From Psammoneis japonica (Eukaryota), in assembly GCA_008632985.1 (NCBI GenBank), contig QPGO01000169.1:124001-161300 (forward strand): a DNA stretch of 37,300 nucleotides, given 5' to 3'. The position numbers and the translations under genes are program-made. Positions 1 to 12,442 of this stretch are shown piece after piece. A model generated the notes under the pieces. That model was not told the DNA's origin. It saw nothing but the letters and a program-made list of their open reading frames with translations, and searched no databases. Position 1 is the first letter of the stretch, and each line of letters starts with the position of its first letter.

Positions 1-2900
1 GTGCAACAACTCCACTTTCTGACAGCAGGCAGACCTTTGGGATGTTGGGGCATTGCACAATGCATCTTGGTCCATTTGGATTCTGGGTCCAATCCAATCA
101 TGCACAGTGCACAATTGATGACTTGTGGTTGAGTGAGGGTGATGGACCCATCTTTGTCATCATGTTCAAAACAAGTCCTGAGGCAATCTGCAATTTGCTG
201 TCATCAGCAAGGCCAAAATTTGGTGGATGTGAGTGACTTGGATGGTGACATGAGAGTGCCATTGTCCATGCCGAAGAAGAAAATTGTTCCGGTGCGGGTT
301 TTGCACAAACACATGTGTTGATCTTTGATTGCTCCCAGCCCCTGGCAAGAAGCCCTTTGCAAAGAAATTGGAGTCAGGCATGCAAGGCATCCTTGAGTCT
401 GTGCAAATTCTTGACAAGCTCATGTGCACTCTTGAGCTGGTCAATGAATTTAGATGGATCTGGAATGAAAAAGTTTGAAGGCACTCTTGCTGCTTTCATG
501 CTTGTGTCCATCTGGGCTGGGGCTTGAGGACAAGCAAATGCAAAATCAATTGATTCAAGGTGCCAGCCTTGAATCAGTGTGTGTTGACAATCATGAGATG
601 TGTGGTGCTCCACAAGGCAACAGGTGAGCAAGTGGACCAATGGCCCAATCCTTCAACAGATTTGTGCCCCCCAGCACAAAGTCATGCCTTGCATTTGATG
701 ATCTCACTGATGGGATTGCTTTTGCACTTTGTGGACCAGACCATGGGAGTGGGATGTGACCCTTTGTTTGGCACAGATTTGATTGGCACCACTTTCCAAT
801 GTTTCCTGTCAATGTGGTCTTGCAGCTCCTTCTTTGCAGTTTTGACAAATGCTTCTTGGTCAGACTGTTTCAATGCCTCTTCCAGGGTCTCAGTGTTGGG
901 GTCCCTGGATTTGGCTGCCAGAGCCATGGTGCAGTGAGAGAGCATCACAAGTGGGTGTCCTTCATTGTGTGGCATTCCAGGTCAGGTTGCAGCAAGGGCT
1001 GATCTGATGAACAGTCTTGCAGAGGGGAGCACTTTGTCATGAAGGCTGCAGCCACCTTGAATGTCCTCATGGCCACATTGGTGCACAGTTTGTTTGGTTT
1101 GACATGCCATCTGGATTGGGCTGTGTGTGGAGCTGGGGCACTGTTGTCAGCTTGCTGAGTTGGGTTTCTTGGAGTGATTGGTGTCTTCAATTCCCAAAGC
1201 TGGAGTTGGGATTTGTTCTGCATCCGACAACCCTCCTTGATCTGTGTTGATGTTGACATCTTCTGGCACATCTTCTCTGTTGTCAATGAACATTGGTGCA
1301 GGATCAGGTGGATCCTTGTTCTTGGAGGCTGCCTTGGGAGGAATGCTTCTTGGCAAGTTGACAGTGCCCTTTTGAGTTGCCTTGGCTGACTTCTCACTTT
1401 GCACCTTGGCCTTTGCCTGCCACACAGAATTGAATTTTGCATCTCAGCAACATGCTGTGCATGCAATGAAGTTGTGGTAAAATGTTTCCAGTGAGTGTGT
1501 TGAGGACAAGTGGCACATTCAAAGCATGGCTCTCAGCAAATGTGTGAGAAAGATTCCAGCATGCAAATGATTGGTCTGCTTGTTGCGGGACTTTTGCTCC
1601 TGCAAGGACAACTCTTGGATGCATGCTGGGGACCCAAAGGGGATGGAAGTGCTCAAGATTTGGCTCAACTGGTGAGCTGGAAAACAATGAGTTGGGGTCA
1701 ACTGTCAAGTGTTGGCACTCTCACAATCTTTTTGTTTTGGTGTGGCATTGCAAAGATGTTGGCACAGTGCTTGAGGGCTGCCCCAGCCACAACAATGGGT
1801 GCATTGCCTTTGGCGTTTGATGAACAGCATTCAGAGGAGCAGTTTGTGCTCCAGTGGCAATGTCCATCCTCAATGTGGTTTCTGGCTCTGCCATTCTGGT
1901 GATGAGCATTCATGCCACAAACAAAGCTCAGGGTTCAGCCGGCCACTTCAATTGCCACCTTGAATGCTTTGATGTCAAACAGACTGCTGTCAGTGACAGT
2001 GCAGGACTCGCACACATGGGCTCAAGTGATCATCCATTCAAACACCAGTTTGGCCCAAACGGTGGTGGCAGCATCCATGTTGGTCATAAGATGAGCACAA
2101 GCAAATTCAGAAAAATGGGTGACAAACACTGTGGCACCATTGCAATGTGTCACAGTGGGGGTGTCATGGTGAGTTGGTGCCAGCCCACAAGGAGCAGGGC
2201 TTGCAAGCTGGTTGATGCTGATCACTTCTCTGGGTTTGGTGGCTGGTCTGATGTTGTTTCAGCTCCACTTGCCTTTTGTTGCCTTGGGTTTGCATTGAGC
2301 TTTGCTGCAGGCACAACCAAGACATGCAGGTGGCATGGCTTTGGCAAGTTCCCTGGGACAAGACTGGCCTTGGCCATCAGTTGGAGTTTGGAAAAGCTCA
2401 ACTGGCTCAGAGTCTCACAGGTGGTGGCCAGCTTTTGCTTCTTGCATTGAGTGGTGATGACATCTAGATCAGATTGCTTGTTGGCATTGTCTGAAGAGCT
2501 GTTTTGGTTGAACATTGTGTTTTGAGGCTCATTGTTGATCGGGGCAAGGTCTGTGTCCTTGTGCAGCAATTTTGTGAGGTGCGTCATCCATTGGCTCCCC
2601 ACTTGTTCCACAGTCTTGGCAATGCTTGGCTCCCTTGGTTTCTCTTGCTCCAGTTGTGGTCTGCTCTGTTCATTGTCTGCAGCATCATGAACAGGAAGGT
2701 GGTTGCCAAGTGCTGCCATGCACAACTGTGGTGTGCAGCAGTTGCTCTGTTTGATGCAGCATGCAGTGCTCCAGATTGTTGCAAAGGCCAGTGTAGCTTT
2801 GACAGAGGAAAGTGAAATTTGTGGCAGTGATTGCATGGATGGTGGATGAAGTGATGGCAAAGGCAAAAAAAAACAGATCCACATTTTAAGTGCTGTCACT
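1..2900 (-). mobile_element. Decayed Ty1/Copia (CoDi-like) LTR retrotransposon pol fragment: integrase and reverse transcriptase, running off the window start
   Basis: Minus-strand fragments occur in Copia order. Integrase Zn-finger remnant LSQLSFSKLQLMAKA (~2300-2430). Integrase core ISINQLASP..GATVFVTHFSEFACAHLM..AKLVFE (2022-2225) and NAHHQNGRA (~1890-1913). RT remnants WKVVP..PMVWSTKCKSNPISEIIKCKA (682-800), GWHLESIDFAFACPQAP and KNLHRLKDA (374-570). Many frameshifts and stops. Confidence 0.9.
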
Positions 2901-3194
2901 CCTTTGCCAGCTGGGCCGGTGCCGGCTGACCCACACCCCCAACACACAGTCAAGTGCGGCAGGAGCTTGCATGGGATCAGCTGGAATGGGCATCACCAGA
3001 AGGTGACACCCCACCAAGACAACTGAGAAGGAATGGTTCACATGAGGGGATTTGTTGGTGTGTGTGCTTGTTGATGATGGCCACAGAAGGCACGCCACAA
3101 CTGCAATGGACAATTGCATTCAGACAGGTTTTTAAAACAGTCCACAAAAGGAGCCTTGAAGGCAAGATGAGCAGGTCATTGGAGAAAACATTCT

Positions 3195-3664
3195 TGACAC
3201 GTAGAAACAATGCTGAGTCTTGCACAGAAAAGCTGATGAGAGCAGCAAACTAAAGACCATCAAATGGCACCACAGGACAACTTGCGTTCTTGCTGAAAAG
3301 GGCCGCAAAAGAAGCAGCACATTCACCACAAAGAGCGAAGTGCTTGATTGCACGGTGGAGAAAAGAAGAGAGGTTGAAGACCAATTGGCAAGGATGAAAG
3401 TAGTCCAGAGAAGTGACACATAGACAGTCAGAGGTGACACGTAGAAACAACACCAGATCTTGTGCAGAAAGACCGATGGGAGCAGCAAATCAATGACAAT
3501 CAAATGACTCCGAAGGACAGCCAATGTTCTTGCTGAAAAGGGCCGCAACAGAAGCAGCACTTGCACCACAAAAAGTGAAGGACTTGATTGCACAGCAAGG
3601 AAAAGAAGCAGCATTGAGAACCAATTCGCAAGGACAAAAGTGGGCCAGGGAAGTGACATGTAGA
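3195..3664. repeat. Diverged tandem duplication with a 240-bp period (about 2 copies)
   Basis: TGACACGTAGAAACAA occurs at 3195 and 3435, and GTTCTTGCTGAAAAGGGCCGCAA at 3286 and 3526. The offset is exactly 240 bp at both anchors. Confidence 0.9.
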
Positions 3665-5400
3665 TCATCAGCAGCATCTGCAGATCCGCGTAGAATTTGC
3701 ACTGGAACCTGTGTGGAAAATTTTCTGAGACAACAGAATGTTGTGAGAAATGACAACCAGCATGTGAACCAAAAGGCCAGGACACTCGTCATTTTCCACT
3801 GATGAACTTTGCTCATCATGCTGTGATGAGGATGTGCCATTGGCAAACGTGGACAGAATGGGCTTGTTGGAGCCAAATCAATGCTGTCTGAGAATGGCAA
3901 CATCAGTGCAAAAACACGGGTGGAAACACACACAGGAGGTTGCCAGTGGGTGCTCACGCAGAAGAGTGATGGCAAAGGCAGCACACCATTTCAACAGAGT
4001 GGGGCCATCTTTGCACTCTTGGGCAGCATTGACAAACTGTCTGAACATGGCACTGTGGAGGGATCCTGCCATGGAGCTCCTGAGACAGCGACATGTTTGA
4101 GCTCTGCCTGTCTTGGCTGGTCACACACACAATGTGCACAGCAGCTTTGGCCTGTTCACCTTGGTGATTTGTTGTTGGCAGTTGCCACAGAGGTTGTGTC
4201 CACCAAAACAGCACATGTGCCCTGAGGGATGGAGGCACTTTGATGCTGAGTTTTCTTCAGCTCATGTGTCTTGGGAATTCAAAAGTGGCCACTTTGCTGC
4301 TCTAAATGCCAGCTCCATCAGTGCACAAAGACAAAAAAACAGAAAGCTGCATTGCCCATTTGAGAAGGGCAAAATCAAATGGCTCATAAAACTTGAGGGG
4401 GGGACAAGAAAACTGGAGGAGGCTGCGCTGCTGCAGCAGAGCTGTGGCCTTGAGGTCAGCAACTGCACTGGCCAAGGCACTCAGACCTGCTGCCTGCAGT
4501 TGAGCATTGTGAGACACTTCTTTGCATTGGGCAATTGCTCTCAGATTGGTGGTTTGGAGTGAGATGGTGACTCTGACACAGCGGCAGAGCTTTCATTGGG
4601 GCAACATCCCAGTGCTTTTGGGGCAACAGCACACAAATGTTGTGGCAAAGGTGTGTGCACATTGTGCAGAGGTTTTGTCTCAATGGTGGTGGACAGTGTC
4701 AACACATGTGACTGTGACAATGCAGGTGTGCAGAAGTTGCAACAGTGGTGCAAAAACATCACAGAAATGTGTCTCGTTGCAGCGGAGGTGCAAAGTGATG
4801 TCGCAACTGCGGTGCAAAAATGTCTCTGCACAGCACTTTGTCAAAGGGTCCCAAAGACACAAGAGCACTGAGGAGACAAGTGCTGCAACTCTCATTTGGG
4901 CTTGAAACTTGAAAGAATGGCAAAGGAAGTGAAGTGCACCAGTTTGCAGATTGCAGAAAAAGTGAATGAGAGAAAAGAAGGGAAGGCAAGGTGGTCAACA
5001 GGAACCTTGCAATCTGACTTGCTTTAAGATGAACTGGAGAGTCCATCCCTTCATCATTGGTTGCTTGATTTCCTTTTGCACACATGCAAGAGACTTGTTT
5101 TTGCCAAGTGTTGCATGAAGAACGTGCAGTGTTTTGTCGAGTGTAGATTTTTTTGCAGACTGCTTCACAGAGTTTCCACCAGTGTTCTCCCATGTTGTTT
5201 GCACTGTCCCAAGGCTGTCCAGCAGCTTTCCACTCTGCATGCTAGAGAGGGGGGCGAACTTGGCTGGTGCCAGTTGCTAGCTGCTGTTGCTTCGCGCCCC
5301 AAAAGGCAAAAACGAAAGTTTTCGCATGCAGCGAGCAGCGAGCGCGGGCTCTCTTGTTCAATCATCGGTCAAGTGCTCAGTGCTTGAGCACACATCGCGC
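3665..5400. other. Unidentified degenerate sequence depleted of TpA and CpG (probable TE or pseudogene debris)
   Basis: TA is almost absent and CA/TG is in large excess. I recognised no motif. Confidence 0.5.
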
Positions 5401-5551
5401 GGAAGCTACCAGTACGAAGATTCTTCCTACGAAATCAGAAAGCACCATTTTATTATGAACTGAGTTAAAGCCCAATACAAGGCCAGCTGTTGTCGCCGAA
5501 GTTTTGTTTTGTTTTGATATAGTTTAAAGTTTATTTCATCGCAGACTTCAT

Positions 5552-6631
5552 CTATTCAGGTGGTACACTTGCTTCCAAAATTGAAAACTGCTCCGACGAA
5601 AGATAGTGGTGAGTAATGTACTCATCCGGTTTATCTGTAGCATGAAAATTGAACAACGGTTCTGCATACATATCGGCTCCGTGTATTCTCGCACATTCTT
5701 TGAATACGTGGTCATCCCCACTCTTTCTATTCCACTTTTGAGGCCAAAAGAGGAGAGGTTGCTCATAGTCGGGCCGTGCATCGACAAAGTTGCAATCGGT
5801 TCGATTGACGTAGGTTCGTGACAACTCAAGGGTGCACTTTTGAAAATCCCTTGTCGACGTCATTGCCGATGAACAGGTGGACGTTAAAAGCTCTTGACAA
5901 CTTTCAAACGAACAGCCAAGAAATGAATCATTGTTGCATTCTGTATTGTTGTTGGCCTTTACTTTTTGGTACAAGAAACTTGAATAACACGAAAAGAGAG
6001 TACGCGCATTGTATTTCTCAACGAGCCCTCGACTAAAGACAAGGACACTCCCCCAAAAAGGTGGCACACAGCTGTACCAGAGCTTGTCGGGGTTATATTT
6101 GGTCTTGTTTGAACTTAGCAAGAGTTGCATTCTTGGAACGTGGAACCAAGCGTCGTCGTCCACCAAAAAGTAATAGGACGCATTCGGAAACTCCTCTCGC
6201 ATTGTGAGAAGCAGATACAAAAATCGCATTTGTGTGCACCGATCTCGAGCATTAAAAAGCCTTGCATCATTTCCCAGCAGTGGTCCCATACTAGAGTTGT
6301 GTGAGCAATAATACTTTCCTGGCACGCCACGTATCCCCAACGAGGAATTCTCCTGGTCCCCCATGACAATGTTGTTGCGAAACCGCGAAAGAAACCCAGA
6401 CATGGTACGAATTCGACGTACAGCATTCGGTCCACCTGTATTTATTCCAACAACCCAAGAATATGTAAAGGATGCTGCGTATTTAGATGAATTTGCCGGG
6501 GCTTTTGTCTCTTTTGTAAGAGATGTGTCACTTGTCGCTTCGCGTCGATAGACATATGGGAACAATAGTAGTTGAAGAAACACACATTGAATCAGTAAAG
6601 CACAGATGGAATGGCGAATGCGCCGCCACAT
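5552..6631 (-). CDS. Type II membrane glycosyltransferase, GT31/Fringe-like (paralog A), 359 aa
   Basis: Intact ORF with an N-terminal TM segment (ICALLIQCVFLQLLLF), a YYFLVDDDAWF DxD motif, a GSVLVFSRGLV motif and a late GDDH motif. Normal TA and CG content. Confidence 0.8.
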   Translation of the reverse strand: MWRRIRHSICALLIQCVFLQLLLFPYVYRREATSDTSLTKETKAPANSSKYAASFTYSWVVGINTGGPNAVRRIRTMSGFLSRFRNNIVMGDQENSSLGIRGVPGKYYCSHNSSMGPLLGNDARLFNARDRCTQMRFLYLLLTMREEFPNASYYFLVDDDAWFHVPRMQLLLSSNKTKYNPDKLWYSCVPPFWGSVLVFSRGLVEKYNARTLFSCYSSFLYQKVKANNNTECNNDSFLGCSFESCQELLTSTCSSAMTSTRDFQKCTLELSRTYVNRTDCNFVDARPDYEQPLLFWPQKWNRKSGDDHVFKECARIHGADMYAEPLFNFHATDKPDEYITHHYLSSEQFSILEASVPPE

Positions 6632-7049
6632 TGTTGTGATTGCAAGTGATTTGTTTTTGCGATGGCTGTCTGCATTTCATATTCATTTCACTACTGTACC
6701 CAGTGACGATTCGATTTTGTGAGCGCTGCCGTTACATTCACGCAATGGTCTTTTATCTACCGGTACATAAGATTTCATTGAGACGTGAATCGCTCTCTTC
6801 CGTTGAAGGCTCAACGGTCGTGAGAATGCAAATGTGGGAAACAATTTCTGAATATTTTATTCTATCGCCAACTATCCCATTTATTGATAAATGCTGTATG
6901 TAAGATTATATTTTTTCCCACTTCCACCCTCCACATTATTCCACATCGCATCGCACTACACTACACTAACAACATCATGTTGTCGGCTCCAGTTTGCTTC
7001 CTTTGCTCTTACTGCACAGGGTGTTGGCGATCAGGTTGCATCCATGGGA

Positions 7050-8950
7050 ACGACACTCGTGACTCCAAGAAGAGCAATGCTTGCAAACTCTTGTTTTCAC
7101 TTTGCAACCGCTCAGGCTTTGTCGGATGAGAGGGGGCGACTTGACATGCGCGACTGGTGGCTTCAACAAGCAACAAGAATGTGACAGTCAAAATTGATGA
7201 GTCATTCTTAATTGACATCAAACACATGTGCCATTCCCAGTCCCGGTGAGGAACTGCTGCTGGATCTGCCAAACCTTGCACCCTGTTGTGCAAAGCATTG
7301 CTTCCATCGGCTGACAAAAAAAGGCTCAACCCAAAATGCATCCCTTTCATTCTCACCACCCAAGAAGGTGTCACTGACCTGAGTCTATTCTGTTTTGGTC
7401 TTGTTGCACTGAAATGTCTCAATTTAGCCCACATTGTTCAGTCCATTGACATCACATGATGGGCCCCCAACAACTGGGACGTTTGAGTTCTCTCGGCTCA
7501 AATCCACGAGTCACCAAACTGACTGCATTCTTGTTGAACTGAGAGAGTTTGACCATGTTGTGATCACGTGAACATTGTGCAGTCATGAGCAAACACCAGC
7601 ACCTTCCCCAGTCCACCCGCTGCAAAAATCAAGCCACTGTCATCAAGAGCAAGAGAGATGTGTTCCAATCTGAAAAAATGCGCCTGGTCCATTGATTGGA
7701 TCACCCACCAGTTCCCACAGGGATGACACTGAATTGCATTCATGCACTGAAACCTGACTAGTGCTTCCACCTCTGTCACTCAAATGTGCTGCAATGTCAA
7801 CAACAAACCCCAAGCCACTCAAGGAAGCTGATTGACCAAATGGAAAGTCTGAAGGTTCGCCAACCGGTTTCTGTCCAAGCTGCTCCCAAGATGATGTGCT
7901 GGGATTGCATTGAAATGATTGTGCTGACCCAGTCCAGTTGTTGTGGCTTGTGTCATCCCTTGAAGATCCAACAGCAAGAATGCCCCAGTGGCCAACAGTG
8001 ACAGAGAAGTTCCAAACCCATCTTCAGCTGCCTGTCCTTCAATGTCACCTCCAAGTGGATCCCAAAGATCCGCATTGGAACCACATTTGTGTGCATTGAT
8101 GTGACCCAAAACCTGCCTGCTGCCATCATTAAAAATGGTGCTCCAACTGCTGACATGGCACCACTCTCATTCAAAGACACAGAGGCACCAAATCTGTCTC
8201 CAATGCCTTCGCCAAACAACTCTTGTCCCAAGGGAGTCTGCAATTCCGTTTGGTTGAATCAAAAGACCAAGACATGTCTGGGATTGATGGAGCCTTGCAA
8301 TGCTCCCACTGCCACAATGCTTCCTTCAGCAACAAGGCAACAGACTTGCTGAGCTCATCACCTGCTGCTGCTCTTCCAACAAGCGCTTGTCCAACGGGCT
8401 GCCACATGGACAGTTTGGGAGTGCAACAACAGGAGTTGGAGCTTGCAAAGGAGGAAGAGTTGGCCCAGGTGTTGGCTGTCTTGTTGGAAGTGGTGTGGGA
8501 CTTGTTGAGGGTGTTTCTGTGGGCAAGCTTGTCAGAAGAGGCACAGGACGGGCTGCACTGTTGTTCCCACAATTGTTGGATGTCACCACAGCAGCAATTG
8601 CCACCACAAGACAAACAGTCAAAATTGCAATGCCCAAAGAAACATTTTTGCCAGTGCCTTCTTGTCCCATCACCCCACTTGTTGGAAGTGTTGCCGCTGC
8701 CATTCTTGGATGTTTGAGCAACCTCAGCATGGGCAAGAGGTGCAGACTGGTCTCCCTCTTTGAGATGACTGATTTGTTCTTTAGCACAGCCCACCTCATG
8801 CCGCATGTTGACAAGGTCCGTGGCAGAGGAGTGGGCAAGCTCAGCCTCCAAAAGGATTGTCCCATCATGCCTGTCAGGTGGCAGTGTGAGATCTGAGTTG
8901 ATGCTCTCCAAGGCAGTCATGGCACTGATGTGTTGTTGTCATCTTGTTCA
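7050..8950 (-). pseudogene. Pseudogene of a membrane-anchored FG-GAP-like (beta-propeller) repeat protein with a Pro/Thr-rich stalk
   Basis: Fragments in several frames: TM segment LGIAILTVCLVVAIAAVV; stalk PTETPSTSPTPLPTRQPTPGPT; repeats WQPVGQALVGRAAAGDELSKSVAL, LGQELFGEGIGDRFGASVSLNESGAMSAVGAP, WDPLGGDIEGQAAEDGFGTSLSL and FGLSLFLSADGS. Frameshifted and depleted of TpA and CpG. Boundaries approximate. Confidence 0.8.
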
Positions 8951-11900
8951 CATTGAACTCCCCTGCTGCCTGGGCATGTGGCAAAAGCACCAGCAGAGTT
9001 GGAGACATTGATGGAGTGCATGTGTTCAGACTCTTCTTCATCTGCTTGTTCTTCATTGTGATGAATGTGATGATGTTCTTTCATGCCAGGAGAACCAGGC
9101 CTGGGCATTGGGGCTGGTTCATCTGATGCTTCTTCCCCTTCTTCTTGCTGTTTTTTTTGAATCCTTGATGCTTGCCAAACAGTTTGTCCCTTTTCATCAT
9201 TGATGTCTTCTTGCTGGCATGTTTCATGGTTGTCATGGTTGAAAAACTGAAAGAGAGGTCAGGTTGTGTCACAATGCACAAGCAGCAAGCTGTGTTCAGT
9301 TGCTGCATCTAACTCAGTCATGGTTTGTTGCCAAGACTCAAGCAAGGCGCGAAAAAATGCTGCAACAAAAAATCTTTTGAAATTGTCACAATGGCCACAA
9401 TTGGTGTGTGGAGTTGTTGTGCACAATGTGGTGTCACACTGTGCCAGCAAGGGGTGAATAGTGCCAGCAATTTGTGGGATTTCAATTGAAATGCTGTCCC
9501 ATCTTGGGTGTTTTGTCAACAAACAATTGAGCAACACCTGGAGTGGGGTTGTGTGGGGTGGCATTTCATGCCTTTCCTGAGAAGCCACACAATTTGCACA
9601 CAGACAGACAGCCTGCCTGAACAACATTTCTCTGGCACCAGCCGGGGTGGCTTCTGCACAGCAGCAGCTCTCATCCAGCCCTGAAAGACTGTTTTGTTGA
9701 CATGATTGCTCAAATTTAACTTTTTAAACAAGAAAATTGCGGTGCTGACAATGCCTTTTTTGCTGAGATTTTGCAGTCATCAAGAGGCCTGGCCCTGCAG
9801 TGCTCACACTTTGCTGATGACTGGCAGAGAGAAGCCACCATGCACCAGGTGCTTGCGACAATCGCTCACATGAGAAGATGGTTCACACACAATGCATGAT
9901 GTGCCAACACAAAATTTAAACTTGTTCTGTTGAGCACAGGCTGATGGGACCCAGCTGTGTGAGGTGCCATCTGCAAGCAAGATGTTGGCAGTTGGCAGAG
10001 CACCAGAGCTCAGGGTTGCCCAGCCAATGACAAGTCAGGGTGTCTTGGGATGGAGATGAGCTGCAGCTCTGGGGAGGAACTCACAGTGAAGAACCACAAC
10101 ATTTTGCATTTTTGTGTCTCAGTGAAAAACTTCATGCTCACTTCCATGTCACTTTGGATTTGTTCCCAACAACTTTTTGACAATTTTTGCTGCATTCTCC
10201 CATGTCTGCTACAGAGTGCAACTGTGGGCATGGACTTTCTAAAATTTTGAGCATGAAAAGGTGTGGCAGTGCCACAAAAGGGGTTCTTTCTTGTTTTGGT
10301 GTCAAAGACAGGTGAGTCCATTGTCCACACCAGCACACAAGCTGCAGAGTTTGCACGCAGAATCATGCAGGACACATGTCCAAAATTCCCACCCAGAGCT
10401 GGGGTGTGTTGTTAAAGTCCACCATGAAAAACATTTTTTGCTGTGTGCTGCTGTGCACAAACCAATGTCACAGGTCACAGAGGGGCACACTTCACACAAA
10501 GCAGCTGTGGGACAAGAATGCAGCATGCATGAACAGCCAGTGAGACTTTCGCTCCTGCATCTGCATGACACACACACACAAGCAGCTTCACAATTTTCAA
10601 TTGCAATGAAAGAGGCTGTTGCACTCTGCATTTTCGTCACATCACATTTTCCTCATGTGAGACAGCCCCTCCAGTTCTTGCACAACTTGCCCTTGAAATT
10701 TTCTAAAAAAATGTTTTACCACTGCTGTCTCCTGTGTGTCACCCAAAACATGGCCAACTGCAAACTCCCCATGTCTCTCTCACACTTGTGAGTTGTTCTG
10801 GAAGTGGGCTTGTTGTTCAAGAGAAAGAGAAAATTGCCATTGTGTGGCAGCATTGCAGCAGCTGTTGAGCTGGAAAATTGAAAGTCAAACTAGAAGCTGA
10901 TCTGATTTGGTGCACAACCAGTCTGATTTGGCTGTTGTTTCTTGCTTGAATTGTGCCTTGTGGTGATGGCATTTGCTCTTTCATGTTTGTTCAGAGGCAA
11001 AGAATCTTGGTGTGCTCGAGACAAAAGTTGCTGACATTTTTTTGTGGCCACAGCACAAACTGCATTTTGCAGAAGGAAAAGGCAAGCAGTGGCATTGCAG
11101 CAGCTTGTGCTTTTGCTCCCCTTCTGGTGCACAGAATTGCAGCTGAAAATGGGCTTCATGAAAAAGACAAAAGTTTTAGAAAAACAAGAGAGCCTGGCTC
11201 AAGCAATGTGCTCAAATTGTGAGCTGCCAGTTGGCTCCATCTGACACCAGGTGTTCTCCAACTAAGAGAGCACAGCCAATGGCCCCACTCTGTGATTCCA
11301 AATCAAGGCTTTGAACCCAAGTGCCAGGCATGCCATCAGACATTCTGTGAGCAATGAAAGCAGGGTGTGTGTGATTTTCCCTTTTGATTTGTGTGCAAAA
11401 GAACAGCAAGACACACAAGCACTGCACTTTCACAGAAGCTGAGCAACAGCAAGAACATTCATTGCTGTGGTTGTGCTGTGCATGTTGGCCATGTGCAAAG
11501 CCCCTCCTGAAAAACATGTGTGATTTGCAAGAAAGCACGGCTGCACAGCTGCAAATGCTCAAAACAACTTAGATGCACTGACTTGCAGCTGCTGCAAGAG
11601 TTGCAAAATTTAACACAAAAGGAGCTTGACACACAAGACAGAATGTTGTGGGGAAAACAACAATGGAGCAACCCCAGCAGGCGGTTGTTCAATGGCAAGA
11701 ATCAGGGTTGTTGAAGCATTGCACAAAGGCTCTGCACAATGTGACACTCTACATCATCTGCTTGTTGGGGCAGAACAAACTTGAACAAACTGTGTGTTGT
11801 GGTGTTTGTTGTCAACCCACAGAAAAACAAAACAAAACAACTCCCCGCATGGTTGTTCAATGGCAGCAAGAATCAGGGCTGTTGCAGCACTGCCTGAAGG

Positions 11901-12350
11901 CTCTCTTCACAACATGACACCCTGTGTCTGTTTGATGTCAAGCAGGAAGAACTCAAACAGACTGTGTGCCATGTGATCATTTGTGCATTTTCATGCATTT
12001 CACTTCTTGGCACCACACTTGGTTTAGAATAAAAACAAAGGGGAGCACAGATGGTGGCAGCAGCTGTTCAGATTAAGACCCAGAGAAGTTCCAGAAGTTC
12101 AAACCCAAATTGCACTACACTGCATCCTTTGTGTGTCCCCTCATGGGCCACAACAACATTTGCCCTGCTTTTGCAAAGATGATGTAGAGTGCAGAGGTGT
12201 CTGGTTGGCTTGCACTGAGCGACTTTAGTCTGACTGATTGCAGCCCCCAAATGAAACAAAAACCATCAGAGTTCTTCGTGCAGTAAATGAATTGCAAAAA
12301 AGACAAATTGCAGTGCATCCCATTCTATCAAGTTCCATCAACGTGATGAT
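8950..12350. other. Unidentified degenerate block depleted of TpA and CpG
   Basis: Same compositional signature as the recognisable TE remnants. No confident protein motif. Confidence 0.5.
11683..11970. repeat. Diverged direct repeat with ~168-bp offset (2 copies)
   Basis: GGTTGTTCAATGGCA(GCA)AGAATCAGGG.TGTTG.AGCA.TGC occurs at 11683 and 11851, with similarity continuing to ACTGTGTG. Confidence 0.75.
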
Positions 12351-12442
12351 GTATGTTTTGGTCGAGCACCCTCTGGCGTTGTCACCGAACCTCTTGTTTG
12401 CTGTGCTTAAATACAAATAATTATTTCATTAACTGGCTGTTT

